64,000 nucleotides of DNA from Octopus bimaculoides (GCF_001194135.2 NC_068987.1:36265362-36329361); one strand, 5' to 3'. Shown: positions 36,829 to 51,097, counted from the stretch's first letter. Program-made: numbers and translations. The notes: a model not told the origin generated them from the sequence alone.

Positions 36829-39629
36829 TAGAAAGAAGTGAGTTAAGAATATGAAAATGCTTTAACATATTTAAAGTGCCTGCCTAAACATTAATCTTGA
36901 ACAAAATCTTAATTTTATGCATCTGAAGACACATCAGTAAACATGCATTCACGCGTATCATCAATAACCGTGCTCTCTCAACAAAATGATTTTAAAACGT
37001 TCAAACATGCGTCGCCAGCACCATCGAAATACGCATACATCAGCATACATAATACTGAGACCTTCACATCCCGTCTTTACATCCTTGTAATAAACATATT
37101 CCTATACAAACTTCACACTCAACGCACATACAGTCATACTCTAAACATTTGCTCTCTAAAAGCTATATGAAAATGTAACTGAAATTTAAAATACAACAAT
37201 AACCATATAATCTCCTGTATGGGAAATATCACACTCAGTCACAAAAGTTTAATCAGATACCCAGGCAGAACCACCTATAAATGCACTCAGGTTTGTTAAA
37301 GGAAGCCGTTATTTTTAATTTAGACAGTAACATACACGCATGTTCATGGATGACATGTATGACATGTATATGTATAGACACACATATACATACATACATA
37401 CATACATACATACATACATTATATATATACATATGTATGTATATATATNNNNNNNNNNNNNNNNNNNNNNNNNNNNNNNNNNNNNNNNNNNNNNNNNNNN
37501 NNNNNNNNNNNNNNNNNNNNNNNNNNNNNNNNNNNNNNNNNNNNNNNNNNNNNNNNNNNNNNNNNNNNNNNNNNNNNNNNNNNNNNNNNNNNNNNNNNNN
37601 NNNNNNNNNNNNNNNNNNNNNNNNNNNNNNNNNNNNNNNNNNNNNNNNNNNNNNNNNNNNNNNNAAAAGGCCATAGAGATTATTTTAAAATTATTCTAAA
37701 ATAACTTTAAATCATTTTTTAAATTATGCAAAATGTGTACATGAATATATCTGTTCCTTAACCAGAAAATCAATACGCTTTTAGAATTTCCTATTTTTAA
37801 TTATGTGGTGAGGAATTTTTATTTCACATTCTGAATTTTTGTTGAAGAAACAATTTACACGGCTTAACGTTGCAAGTGTATGATTTGGACTGAGATAATA
37901 TTTTCCATGAAACGTTGATTTGTGTGATTTTTTATATGATGTTTCAAGTGTGTTGATGAAATCTGGATTCTAGGAAGTTCATTGATAATCCAATATCCGG
38001 TGTACAAGTTCTTTGCTTAGACGTCGTTCTTGAATCAGCAAATTGTAACGCATAACAGTTAAAATTGAGGGTACGTGTGAGTTATTTGGTGCATACGTAC
38101 GATTTTATTAATTCAATATAGGTTAGAGTTTACTACAATTTGTTTTTTTAAGTTGTATGTATATATTAGATATATTTTGTCTAATAGCAAATATGCTGTC
38201 TACTAGAAAAATTACGAGATCTTTGGGTGGAGGAGTGTACCAGTAGAAAACATCTCTCAACTTTAAAGTCTACCTTAATTCGTCGCTCCCTTGATATCCA
38301 TTATTCTTAAGTAAGACATAGTTACAAGATACACTACCTTTGAAATCGTGAGAAGAACAAATGGAAGATATTCTCAGTGATATATATTTTTATCAGGTTT
38401 TACAAAATAATTTGTATATGCTTGACGATTTATTAATATGAAATGTATATTATGATATTTTTACATGAAGTTTCAAAGTAACATGTACAAAAACTTTAAT
38501 ATAATTGTTTGTAGTAACGTTGGAACCCCGTTATATTATTTTTTCGAAAAAGATCTGTGCATAAAGGCTAAACTGTCTAATTAAAATGAAGACTTTATCT
38601 GTTATAACACGCCTAATACAAAAGAGGAATTTGTTTAAGGTTTGTGTATGTTGTTTATACCAGCAATTTTGCTAAAGATATTTGAGCTCTTATTGATATT
38701 ATGCCAACATTTGTTGCCTTTATTTGTACAGGTAGACTGTTTAATAAAGAGCAAAAGTTGGCGGTAAAACCTTATTCAGCCCATATGTGTACGTTTGATC
38801 AGCGTAAAAGATGTGGCGGAATACCTGGCATCATAAGGAATCGTTTGTATATATATCAATAGTAATTAAAAATATAAAATAAAAAGTTGTAAGACTACCA
38901 GTTGAATCATTGATTACTAAATTGATAAGCAACTTCGAGTAAAATCGTATCAAACATACTGAAGGTGAAATACGGAATGGTTAATTAATCTAACTATAAG
39001 TTGTTTGTAAAATTTATCAATATGGACTTTCAGTGATCTTTATGCCTCTTTAGTTTTAAAAACGTGAATTATTTTAACTAAGTTCAACCATGCAGTCACA
39101 TCTGTTGCAGAAACATTAATCTTATTAATCTCAGCATGTTAAATCTACGCATTTTGTAAGTTTTCTGGACGTGTATGACAATTATGCAGGCATTCTGCTT
39201 ATTTAGAAATTTCTATGATCGTTTATGTTTGTAGTTGTACTTATTGAGTGTAACTGTTTATGTGTATACGTGCTAAGTACTTCAATGCATTCACATATTT
39301 TCGTGCAATCAGGGTTAAGTTTTGCTTTCCATACCACTATACAAGTTTTCTTTTGCTCGCTTTCCTCTCATCTTGCTTTTCATAATCTCCACGTCTTTAC
39401 TTAAATAATTCATTCTGACCCAGAAAATAAATTCTTTTAATTAAAAAAAATTTCAGTTTTATTCAACAATAATAACGTCGAAATCGTTACTATTTTAGAC
39501 ATGCCTCATTAATATTCTTGCTTTATTTTTTAACTACCTCTCCCATGACATTTGTTTCCAAACTATGTTTGACTGACACCTGCATGAGTAATGCCTCATG
39601 AACATTTTACATTACTATGTATGCATTCC

Positions 39630-40720
39630 ATTATTCAGTTTTATTTCAAGATTTCTTGACTATAGAGAAGTAGTCAGTTTCTAACCTAGATCCAAGGCTC
39701 CTTTATTGGAATTTCAACAACACTAACAGAGTATTTTTGTGTGCATGTATGTATATGTGCATATTTGTATGTTTTGTTTTATGTATATTTTCTCATGCAT
39801 ATAGTTGCATGCCTAGACTTGCCCATATTCTTAAATGATAACTTTCTGGGAGGTTTTACAGGTTTTTATAGTTCCAGTGATAGCTTGAATCTATAGTCTT
39901 TGAACCAGCCTGAACTTGTACGCTGGATAGAGTAGCTGTAGATTCTTCAATAGTTCAGCGTAGGTGTTCTCTTTCACTGATTTTAAGCTTCATGTTGACA
40001 TATGCTGGGCAGTTGATTTCCACAACTGTGCACAGTTACTCTTCTCTATCCCAAATTACAGTTAGGTTTATTATGTTTACATTTCATTGAGGTTTTTTCG
40101 TGGACATTCCACCAGTATTCTTTTTTTATGATGGGTGGCTATGGCTTCTACCGTACTATGGGTTTTATTTCTTTGTCCTCGGGATTATCCTTCCGATGGA
40201 TCTCGTTATACAGCCTCCTAGAATTAATATCATGTCTCATCGGTAGATATTACTCTGAAGACATTTTCAGACAAGTGCTTATGACTTGGGTGATATCTTC
40301 GGTGTTAACTCCACAAAAACTGTATTGGCTGTCACATTTTACTGCTTTTCCTGCATCTCAGTCCCTTCTGTGCATGTGGTATTTGGTTGATATTACCTAT
40401 TCCTGGATTTCAAAGGCATACCTTTCAAAGTGGGAATTAGCAATCCGGTTGTTGGTCCATGATAGACTGCTTTGATTATAAATATTACTATCATCTTGGA
40501 GCTTTCTACTAACATATTCATGCCTGGGCTTCTGCTGATATACCCTCATCCTTTCATCTGATGATACGTTGCGGTAGAGTCGTGTGACTTCTTTCAGCAC
40601 GTTTTTACGTTTATCGGACAAGGAATGCTGCTAAAGGAGCTGCTTTCCAAGTCTCAAGGTGTCATCAGCCTCATGTATCCAAACTTGGACAAGGATGCAC
40701 TTCGACAATTGCTGGCTAAT
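39630..40720 (-). mobile_element. RLE (R4/Dong-type) LINE family A, copy 3 (longest)
   Basis: Collinear with copy 2 over the endonuclease and UTR, and extends upstream (KHENVS-like RKLQ, CRLCGV-like knuckle near 40310-40370, EADDTLRLGKQLL). Confidence 0.88.
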
Positions 40721-41019
40721 GTATGTTTGTATGTATCAATGTATATAATTTTAAACGGCATACGGTAGTATAGCTCTGGTTTGAAAGAAATAATGTTTTT
40801 TTTGAGTATTGTGGTACATAACTTTAGCCACTCTAACACCATATGGGAGCACCTATCAGAGTTCTAGCTATGGATTAACTGGCATATATTATGACATTCC
40901 ATCTCAACACGAGGACGCATATATAACCTTGGTTGTAACCATAGGACACAGTACAACCATTGTGAGTGAGGGACCCCTAACTATTTTCGCTGCATCTTTC
41001 TAGAATAGGGACACCCTGA

Positions 41020-41390
41020 TGTTAACCCTGGGGTTTCACTTGATCAGCGATAATCTTACTTAGGTCTATCATTATGTACTGGTCTAGGAGATGGATGTAG
41101 AGAATGTTACACATGTTGTACAAGCATTTATTACTATAATCCAGTAATGTACAGATGCCTACTTATGTTGAGTGAATGTCCTATGGTGATGGAGGAGTGA
41201 CGATTTGTGCAGACCTAACCAGTTTCAATCATACAGAAAGGTACAGCTTTCATGTGTCACCTATGCTTCAAACCATTGCAAATCTGCAACGGGGTGGAAC
41301 ATTCATCTGACAAGTCATAGATAGAAATTCAGAAATGCCATTGGCAAATGGGATGCACAAGGAGATGGCAATTAACTGTGAAGATAAAAC
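41020..41390 (+). mobile_element. Ty3/gypsy reverse transcriptase fragment
   Basis: GDGGVTICADLTSFN resembles KxDGGVRICVDLTKLN; KCHWQM resembles KGYWQI. Stops and frameshifts are present. Confidence 0.55.
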
Positions 41391-41599
41391 TATGACCATC
41401 AATGTATATGTATATGTATATGAAAGGACGTAATAGTACGCAATACAGGGAGTAGTTTCTACTATAAGTTCTCGAGCATTTGAATAACTATCAATAGTTC
41501 AGCAATTTATTTGTGGTAAAAATGAAAGCGTATGATGTATTCAAGAATAACAGAAATACTTTTTACAACTGACTAATATTATTGTTATTCTATCAATGC

Positions 41600-41777
41600 G
41601 GCGAGCTGGTAGAATCGTTGGCACGCTGGGCTAAATGCTTGGCGGGATTTCAAGCCCTTCCTTTCTGAGTTCATATTTCGGGAAGATTGAATTTTGCCGT
41701 TCATCCTCTGGGCGTCGATGATTATGAGTACCAGTGTAACACTGGAGTCAATGTAATCGACTCCAAAACTTTCAGGA
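41600..41777 (+). mobile_element. SINE family 1 copy
   Basis: GGCGAGCTGGTAGAATCGTTGGCACG...GAGTACCAGTGTAACACTGGAGTCAATGTAATCGACT. Confidence 0.85.
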
Positions 41778-41844
41778 TTATTATTATTATTTTATTATTG
41801 ATACTAATAATGATAATGTGAAGGATTCTGCCGTCGAAAACGAC

Positions 41845-42110
41845 GTATGAGTGGTCAGCTTTTGATAAGCAGTTTTCACAAATGATTTGTTTATAACGAT
41901 CAAATGTATATGCTGTGCATTGGCTCACACCTCCATCAAATCGTCATTCCCTGTACTGGAGCAAAAATGGGTCAGATGTCAAAATGAGGGCTGAGCGATG
42001 TGGAATTAAGTGTTTTTGCTCCAGAACACAACACGATGCTCTGTCCGGAATTTGAATCCACGATCAAGCGATCGTGAGTTCAACAGCTGAACCACTGGGC
42101 CATGAGCACG
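41845..42110 (-). mobile_element. SINE family 2-like copy
   Basis: Head complement GAATTTGAATCCACG...AACCACTGGGCCA; ACTGGAGCA...AAGTGTTTTTGCTCC body shared with 19236-19535. Confidence 0.65.
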
Positions 42111-42138
42111 GCAGCAACAACAATAATAATAATATTAT

Positions 42139-42139
<1 letters not shown>

Positions 42140-42169
<30 letters not shown>

Positions 42170-42445
42170 AAGAAGAAGAAGAAGAAGAAGAAGAAGAAGA
42201 AGAAGAAGAAGAAGAAGAAGAAGAAGAAGAAGAAGAACCCTTTCAACTATAGGCAGGAGGCCTGAAATTTTGGGGAATGAGGATAGTCGATTACATAGAC
42301 ACCAGTGGTTCACTGGTACCTATTTATCGATCCAGAAAGATGAAAGGCAAAGTCGATCTCGGTGGAATTTGAACACAGAACGTAAAGACGGACGAAATCC
42401 TGCTAAGCATTTTGCCCGGCGTGCTAACGATTCTGCCAGCTCACA
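42140..42445 (-). mobile_element. SINE family 1 copy with a long (TTC)n tail
   Basis: Reverse complement of family 1 at 42236-42444; (GAA)n at 42140-42237 lies at its 3' end. Confidence 0.88.
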
Positions 42446-42459
42446 AACTTAATAATACC

Positions 42460-42516
<57 letters not shown>

Positions 42517-42519
42517 TAC

Positions 42520-42930
42520 GACGCAGTGGCTCTCATGGCTTTTTATCTTAACTGATTAGAAGTGTTATCATGGACATAGTTTTGTCTTGGTATAAATGAT
42601 GGGCTACAGCAACGTTCTGCTCAATACCACTGATTTGCTTGTCAGTTGCTGGACCTTAACCAGTTGAACATGTCCATTAGTGGCTAACACTATGAGAATT
42701 TATGATGACGAGCAGAAATAGTGGAAAAGTATCATAGCCATGTGTTGAGAAGAATTCTTTGGAGTTTGAATAATTCACCTCTGGAAAGGTGTGTTTTGTT
42801 CATCATCCTTAAACAACCCTTGTTCACGGACTTTTTGAGCGGGATGGTCTACACAACCTGAAGAAAATTTCAACTTGACCCCACCTGTGAGGTCATGAGG
42901 TGTTCATCTTGATATGAGATACCTAGTTGC
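42520..42930. repeat. Interspersed repeat of unknown class between (AAT)n and (GAT)n tracts
   Basis: Sequence resembles an abundant octopus repeat as recalled; it is single-copy in this window, so repeat status is not directly shown. Confidence 0.4.
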
Positions 42931-43089
42931 TAGCATATGGTTGTGATACATGTGTCTGATGTACCCTTATCAGACGGGAAGTCATGATGGGTATATTGGG
43001 CTTCGTATATTTGTACCTCAGTGTCACTTTGATAGCATGCTCTGCTCTCTCACTCAGTAATGATAATAATAAGAATAATGAGAATGAAG

Positions 43090-43116
43090 ATGGTGATGAT
43101 GATGAGGAGGATGATA

Positions 43117-43184
<68 letters not shown>

Positions 43185-43185
43185 A
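43090..43185. repeat. (GAT)n microsatellite
   Basis: Direct read. Confidence 0.97.
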
Positions 43186-43859
43186 GTAACAATATTGATT
43201 ATATCCAAAACATTCACAAAGACTAAGCGTAAAATCCATAATGAAGTCAACGGTAAGATATAAAATTATAGGTATAACATTATATTAGACGATTGTATAT
43301 AATACCTATACTATAACACTGAAAACCCACAGTATAATTCCATTATATCACTATATGTAACTTTCATACCTGAAGTAATTGAGCTAGCCCTTGTCAGTTG
43401 ACATATTAAAACTTATTTACTTTGATCAGTTACAAATTTATAGTGTTATAAATATAGTATTGCAACAATTAAGTAACTTAAGTGTATCAAAGTTAGATCT
43501 AACTTTGGTTTCACCCGGTTCGGCAGTAGAGTTTAACTCATCAATTTTCATCATTCTTCTCTTGGATGTTCTGATTATAGCACGACGTTACTCAGCATAT
43601 CAAACTGATATTAACTTTATCATTATCACTTGTATATAGCTGTTATTTTCCGATGGTTACGGTGTTGCAGAACATGGTGACATAACTATCGGGAAATTTA
43701 ATTGTACAGGTTTGGTAGATCGCGCAGGCGTGTTTATTATATCGTGCTAATACCCAGAAATAAAGTAAAGCAAATTAGTAAGAACGCTGGACTACGAAAG
43801 GCATACAATATGGATATCATATGATGTTCGAATCGGAATAATGTTGCTAGATATTTAAC

Positions 43860-44410
43860 CAATTAATATTTCGTGACCCAATGCATAAGAAGCCGGACTT
43901 CTTAGCCGGAGTTTGCAGGTTTGAGGCTCGTTAATAGTCAGATACCCATAAAATCATTACAAGTACTAAACAACCAAAGACATTACAGAAAACCTTTACA
44001 AATGCTAAATTATACGCAAGAATATCGGTCGCAAGAGTAAAAAAGGTGGTCGTCCTAACTGCAGAATATGTCCAAATATTTTGGAAGGATCAGAATTCCA
44101 TTTTAGACAAGGGCAAAAATTCAAAATTAAATCCAGCTTCACTTGAGCCTCTGAAAAATTCATTTATGTAATCAGATGCTCGGGCTGTCATAAGAAGTAT
44201 ATAGGGTCGCCAGGAAATTTCTCAGACGGATATGTACAGTCCACAGACAACAGATATCTTCACCACAATATCATCAGATATAACTGCAACCACAATTCCT
44301 AATCTTCTAATTGTATCAATTTGCTGTTTTGACCTGAACACAAGTACGACTAAATAAAAAGGCCTCATTTATCGAAAAATAGAAGCCAGAATTAGATATA
44401 AATTCATATT
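43860..44410 (+). mobile_element. PLE GIY-YIG endonuclease fragment (third family)
   Basis: GRPNCRICPNILEGSEFHFRQGQKFKIKSSFT*ASEKFIYVIRCSGCHKKYIG...TVHRQQI. Confidence 0.85.
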
Positions 44411-45859
44411 GAAAATTAAGAATTTACCACAACTATTGAAGAATATAAGCCAGAACTAAATGTAAACCAATATTATAAATTACAGATTTACACTGCCCCG
44501 CTTTATTGAAAAATACCTTGGTTACGAATTATCCCCAGTAGCAAACAAAATCTCTAATTCAGGATTGCATCCAAAACTCAAAATTTGAAAAGCGATAACA
44601 AAACTGATTAATATGGTGGAAGAAAAAAAATTATGTTGTACAATATTGTATAACACTTTTGCTATGATGATTCTAATATATATTCTTTAGTCTTGTAAAA
44701 TAAATCTTCTGTGCTTTCTGAATTCAACCACGTGCAATCACCAACCATACTTTCCTTATGTATTCAACTATGTTAAAACACTAACCATACTTTCTATCTC
44801 ATATATTTATATACAGAAATGTTTCAATTTCTTGCAAAAGTGCAAGGATGATGTTAGGGAGATAATAATGAAGGTATTCCAACAAGTTACCTCCCGTGAG
44901 CTGTGTATCTATTGCAAAATACCGGCCAGTCTTAAGGAAACTCTAGTAATCTGAACCAAAATGGAGACGGGTAACTAGACTTACGCTTGCGTGGCTTGAA
45001 GAATTGTGATGATCTCTTCACATAAAATTATATTTAGCCTTGATATCCGTGAAATGAAGACCATTTAACCACTAATATGGTTTTGAGCACTCGATCTCAC
45101 TTTCAATTTTAGCATATATGTGTGTGTGCGTGAGTGTGTATGTGTGGGTGGATGGGATGTGTTACGATTCTTGACTCATTTGACTTCGCTATATTTCTAG
45201 TTGGCTAATTATATTACTCTTGTACACTGTTTTCTTTTTTTCGTCTTTTACGTTTTGAATTTGTTCTGACAGATCCGTTTAGCCATCTACACATATAATA
45301 TTAATTTCAAATTATATCTTACAAATAAGAACATTCTTCAAAATAGCAATAATAATCATTGGCATCTCGCAACTCTTTCCAATCTTATAACCGCTTCATT
45401 GGCAATGTTCTTCACTCGTTTTATTTCGCTTTGTTTTCACTTTTATTTCTTTGATTTACTTCGTTATTACGTGTCTGTATATATTTTTACGAGTTTGTGC
45501 ATTTTATGCGTATTTCTCTGTGCACGTTTGTACTAGCGTGTATTTTTGTGCATATAGCATCCTTCTTATGTGTACATATACGAGTGCCTATATAGGTGAG
45601 TTTGTGTTTGTGAGTGTTTGTGTGTGTGTGTGTGTCTGTGTGTGTATGTGTGTGTCTGGGCGCGCGCGTGTGAGTGTGTGTGTGTGTTTGTATGTGATAC
45701 TATTACTTTCACTTTGTACTACTGAATTGCCAAAGCCTGTCAAGATAAGAAATTGATGAATAACATATAAAGTATTACTTATGATAATGATGATGACGAT
45801 GATGATATTAGTAAAGCATCATCTGTCTGTATACGGTGATAATATGGATTGTAATGTTC

Positions 45860-45893
<34 letters not shown>

Positions 45894-48409
45894 GGTTTTT
45901 CATAATAATAATAATAATAATGATAATAATATAATTGCAAAGGCAGCCGCAGAGTATTGTTGTTGTTGCTCTTCTTGTTGTTGTTGCTGGTGATGATGGT
46001 AGTGTTTATCATAGTAGTATCAGTGAAGCAGCAGCAGCAGTAGTGGCAGCATCAGCATCAGTAGTAGTAGTAGTAGTAGTAGTAGTAAAGGGAAGAGTTT
46101 TTGAAGAAGCACAGCAGTCTAAACTCGTCTTTAATTAAGCCCGGATATATAATCTAAAACGAAGCATTTCTATATTTGATTGAAATTATCGTTGATATTT
46201 TTATATTTATTTGATCTCCTTATTTATTTATTCATTTGTATATCTCCTTCTAATTAACGTCGTTTCCCATTTCTACAAAGCAAACTTGTTGCAGAAGAGA
46301 TGCCTTGACATACTGCCATTTATTAATAATTTCAAGCTAGTTTCTTCTCCTTTGATGCTATAACGTGTCATTAAACCAATCAAAAAATTTTTCAAGAAAA
46401 TCGTATATATATTTTATTTGTTTTTGTTCTTTTTTATTTTCGTTACTTTTACATCATTTATGCTTACAAATTTATGGATCGATTGCGTTTTTGATTTTAA
46501 ATTATCTTGAACTGTTTGGAAATAGTATCAAAAATATAAAACAAGAAAAATGAAGAAATACGTATTCAAAGATTTCGTTTGATCATGTATTCTTTAAAAA
46601 ATAACTCTTTCCTTCAGACATCATTTAATTGTAAGAACACTTGGATAAATGGATTCGTATTAACAAAAATTTGTTTTATTAAGTATTGCAATGATTTCTT
46701 TATAACATCTTTCTTAACTCGATTCATTCAGATAAATAAAATTCAATCTTATTGCATTTCGCTTTCGAATTACGCTACAATCTGTATATAAAAATCAATT
46801 TTCCGCTGAATGGAATGTGTTGCTTTAGTTGATGATTTTTGTATATAACTGTATTCAATAAATCGAGAACTTTCCAAATGAGTTCATTATAAATATTTTG
46901 CACACCTCTCTGTTTATTTTAGGTTGCACACTCGTTATCCAGCATTCACTTCTCTCTTTCTCTTTCTCTCTCTTTCCATCTCTCTCTTTCTCTCTCTTTT
47001 CATCGCTCTCTTTCTTTCTTTCTCTCTCTCTCTCTCTTTATATATATATATATATATATNNNNNNNNNNNNNNNNNNNNNNNNNNNNNNNNNNNNNNNNN
47101 NNNNNNNNNNNNNNNNNNNNNNNNNNNNNNNNNNNNNNNNNNNNNNNNNNNNNNNNNNNNNNNNNNNNNNNNNNNNNNNNNNNNNNNNNNNNNNNNNNNN
47201 NNNNNNNNNNNNNNNNNNNNNNNNNNNNNNNNNNNNNNNNNNNNNNNNNNNNNNNNNNNNNNNNNNNNNNNNNNNNNNNNNNNNNNNNNNNNNNNNNNNN
47301 NNNNNNNNNNNNNNNNNNNNNNNNNNNNNNNNNNNNNNNNNNNNNNNNNNNNNNNNNNNNNNNNNNNNNNNATATACGTATATATACTTATATACATATA
47401 TTCTTGTGTTTTAGAGGGTTCAGCCTCTTCAATAAATTAGAAGGGAAAGCCATAGACTTAATATAGAGTAAGCGGGACACAGTTTGAATTAATCTAAAAA
47501 AAAACATAATCATCAACAAAGTTTTCGTCTTGATAATTCAATTCAACTTGGTAGAATTCAGTTCGCATCCATAATAAAAGATAGTTGACTAAATGACATG
47601 CAGCAAGACGCAACTCGATTCCTCGTGATTGAGAAATGAACTTTTCAAACATTCAACTATACTTCCATGAACGAATATAATACTGCTTGAATATGCACGA
47701 ATGTATGCATGTCGGTAGGTGCAAACACACACAATTAAATATATACATTTACATACGCAACACGCTTAACGCAGTAAATGTTAAATAGCAGATGAATCAT
47801 AGTAAAACTGAAAACAGAGAATTGCATTTCAACTAGACAGTCTGTATTTGACCGCTTCAGCTACTAGAATTAACACCCAAATCTTCCGTCTTATAAAGAA
47901 ACGATATAACGGATATTACAGCACTGAATAAAATATGCCTGATACACAAAATTCGTAATACTCTCAACTGGACTACATACGATCTTTCTCAGCTCCTTTG
48001 CGCCTCTCTTCATCTGATACCTACTTGATAACACGCCACCCTACACCCACACTCCACTCCATCCTACACCATCACACCCACACACCACTAAACCACCCCA
48101 CACCACTCCACACACTAGCACTGGCCACTTCCCAACAGCCGTACCATACACCATCATCCACATACCCACACACAATCTTCAATAGTGTCACACACATAAC
48201 ACTATATGAGCAGCCACTCGTTACAGACACACAGACTTACACTCGCACATACACATTTACACATACCGTTCTCACATACACACATACGCACGCGCACCTT
48301 CATGTGGGTTCACCATCACTTTATTATCTCCCTTTCTTCCAATGTCTTCTTTCAAACGTTTTTCTAATAAGTCGGCATGCTTAACCGCTAAATCTATAGT
48401 TTTGTTTCA

Positions 48410-48560
48410 TGTTCTCTCTGTTTATTTTCTCTTATTCCTTTCTGTTTAAGAGCGTAGGTTCGAAACGTATGCGACTTTTTCATTTTCCGGGGCGTCAAAG
48501 TAATAAACCTACTTGTCGTTCATACACATGTCTTTTGTTTTACTATAGAATTCAACTATA
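48410..48560 (+). mobile_element. Short PLE-like 3'-end repeat, second copy
   Basis: Similar to 17950-18110; contains AAGAGCGTAGGTTCGAAAC. Confidence 0.55.
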
Positions 48561-48812
48561 TATATATGTGTGTGTGTGTGTAGTTATAAATATACAGGGT
48601 AAAAATTATCAGAAATAATAATATATACCAGTGGCTAGCATGGTATAAATTATTATTTCTAAATGTTAGTAGACATAACTATTTTTATAATATATACCAG
48701 TGTATAGAATTTATACTGGGAATACATATGAGCGTATAACATTTATACATTTATATATGTCAGTAGATATAAATATTTTTTATAACATATATGAACGTAT
48801 GAAATTCATACG

Positions 48813-49071
48813 CGTGGATCTCCAGTAGAATCGCTGGAACATACAATTATGAAACACGAACACGTACCGAAACACAAAGGAAACATTTCCGTACTGAGTT
48901 TCATCCTTATACATCAAGAATTTAAATCAATTGTCCTCAATGACCGTTCAGAGCCAGAATAATACAGCAGTGAATAAAGAAGAAACTTAGTATTCACGTT
49001 TTTCCTTTGTGTTTCGGTACGTATTCAAGTTTTATCATTATATGCCCCAGCAATTCTATTGAAGGTTCACG
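48813..49071. mobile_element. MITE-like element with about 72-bp imperfect TIRs
   Basis: 48813-48884 versus the reverse complement of 48998-49071; ACGTACCGAAACACAAAGGAAA is identical and the outer part is roughly 70% similar by eye. Confidence 0.6.
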
Positions 49072-49992
49072 GATGGTTCATTCATCAATTGATTGATTCA
49101 ATAATTAGTTGATTTATTTAAACATTAATAGTGAAACTTTGGAGTATTGAATTAACTGATATTTTAATTGTTTCAATCAAAGTGCTCTAAATAAGAATGT
49201 TTTTTCGTGGATTAGGAATTTCACTTCGCTTTTTAGCATGTAAGAAGACCACACAATGGTCTTCTCTCCGTCTATAAATTTTATACACTCAGTTNNNNNN
49301 NNNNNNNNNNNNNNNNNNNNNNNNNNNNNNNNNNNNNNNNNNNNNNNNNNNNNNNNNNNNNNNNNNNNNNNNNNNNNNNNNNNNNNNNNNNNNNNNNNNN
49401 NNNNNNNNNNNNNNNNNNNNNNNNNNNNNNNNNNNNNNNNNNNNNNNNNNNNNNNNNNNNNNNNNNNNNNNNNNNNNNNNNNNNNNNNNNNNNNNNNNNN
49501 NNNNNNNNNNNNNNNNNNNNNNNNNNNNNNNNNNNNNNNNNNNNNNNNNNNNNNNNNNNNNNNNNNNNNNNNNNNNNNNNNNNNNNNNNNNNNNNNNNNN
49601 NNNNNNNNNNNNNNNNNNNNNNNNNNNNNNNNNNNNNNNNNNNNNNNNNNNNNNNNNNNNNNNNNNNNNNNNNNNNNNNNNNNNNNNNNNNNNNNNNNNN
49701 NNNNNNNNNNNNNNNNNNNNNNNNNNNNNNNNNNNNNNNNNNNNNNNNNNNNNNNNNNNNNNNNNNNNNNNNNNNNNNNNNNNNNNNNNNNNNNNNNNNN
49801 NNTATATATATATATATATATATGCATGTATATATATATATGTGTGTGCTGTTTGTGTGTGTGTGTGAGTGTGTGTATGTACATATATACATGTATATAT
49901 ACATACATATATGAACATATATGTATATATATATATGTATATATATATATGTATATATATACATTAATATGTATATATATACATTAATAATA

Positions 49993-50180
49993 CCTTCTCT
50001 TCTATTCTAGGCACACGGTTCGAAATTTGCGGGGAGGGAGCCGGTAGATTAGATCGACCCCTATGCGCAACTGGTACTTAATTTATCAAACCCGAAACGA
50101 TGAAAGTGAAAGTCGATCTCGGCGGAATTTGAATTCAGAACGTAAAGACAAGCGAAATACAGATATGCATTTCACTGGCA
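49993..50180 (-). mobile_element. SINE family 1 copy
   Basis: AAAGTCGATCTCGGCGGAATTTGAATTCAGAACGTAAAGAC matches 42345-42390. Confidence 0.85.
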
Positions 50181-51063
50181 TAAAAAATAAATACATATAT
50201 AGATCGACTTTCAGATTATAAAACGAAGTAATAAAAAAAGTTAGGATTTTGTAAAATAAAATTTTGGGTGGTATTAATGTAGTTAATAATCCTACGGTGA
50301 TTTCTGAGGGTCTGGTTGTCAAGTCATAAAAACGATACATTCAGTTTGGGACACTAACTCCTTCATTAGGGAAAATAAATTTCTAAAACGGCTCTCATGC
50401 GACAAACCTGCGCTTCAGTGGTTCACCTTATAACAAGCTGATATGGTCCTCTCAGATTATTGTTATTTAAAAGCGTATTATATTAAAATTATTGCTGATA
50501 TGTAGAAGTCCTGAGATGAAAACGAAAAACAAGTACGATCATCTAAATCTAAAATGTCTTGGATTTGGGATTCAGGTTTTAATATAGACAAGAGAAAATG
50601 TACTGATCGATAATGATGCTAGACCACGTGATGGAATATGGCTTGGCTTCAAGAACTTCTTTCCGTTAACCTCTCTCTTATTTGTCTATCTATGAAGATC
50701 AGTATCTGAATTTGTATATTCCCTCCTGGGTGTGCGCGTGCGAGTGTGTCCGTGCGTATGTGTGTGTGTGTGTGTGAATATCTGTGCATGATTGTAATTA
50801 AGTGTTTGCGTGTGTATACACATATTTGTTGTGATTCATATATTTATAAATGAAACTATATGTCTATAAGGATACAGAGTATGATTTTGATTATATACTG
50901 TATTTCAGTTGTGAATAAATCAACTTTAATGTCTATGTAATCATGCAAGCCTTTATCTATGTGCACGCTAAGACGTGCACACTCCTACACACATATGCAT
51001 ACTTCACTACACATCAAGATGTGGCTGTGCCTACATACATACATACATACATGGATACATACA

Positions 51064-51097
<34 letters not shown>

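Noticed and set aside
40630-40672. CUGAUGA...GAAAG CAG CUC hammerhead-like match on the minus strand
   Set aside because: It lies within LINE coding sequence (EADDTLRLGKQLL) and helix II is only about 2 bp; likely chance.
47405-50380. Hammerhead-like remnants at about 47405-47432(-) and 50335-50370(-)
   Set aside because: Two or more core positions are lost and helix I is unsupported; too degenerate to call.
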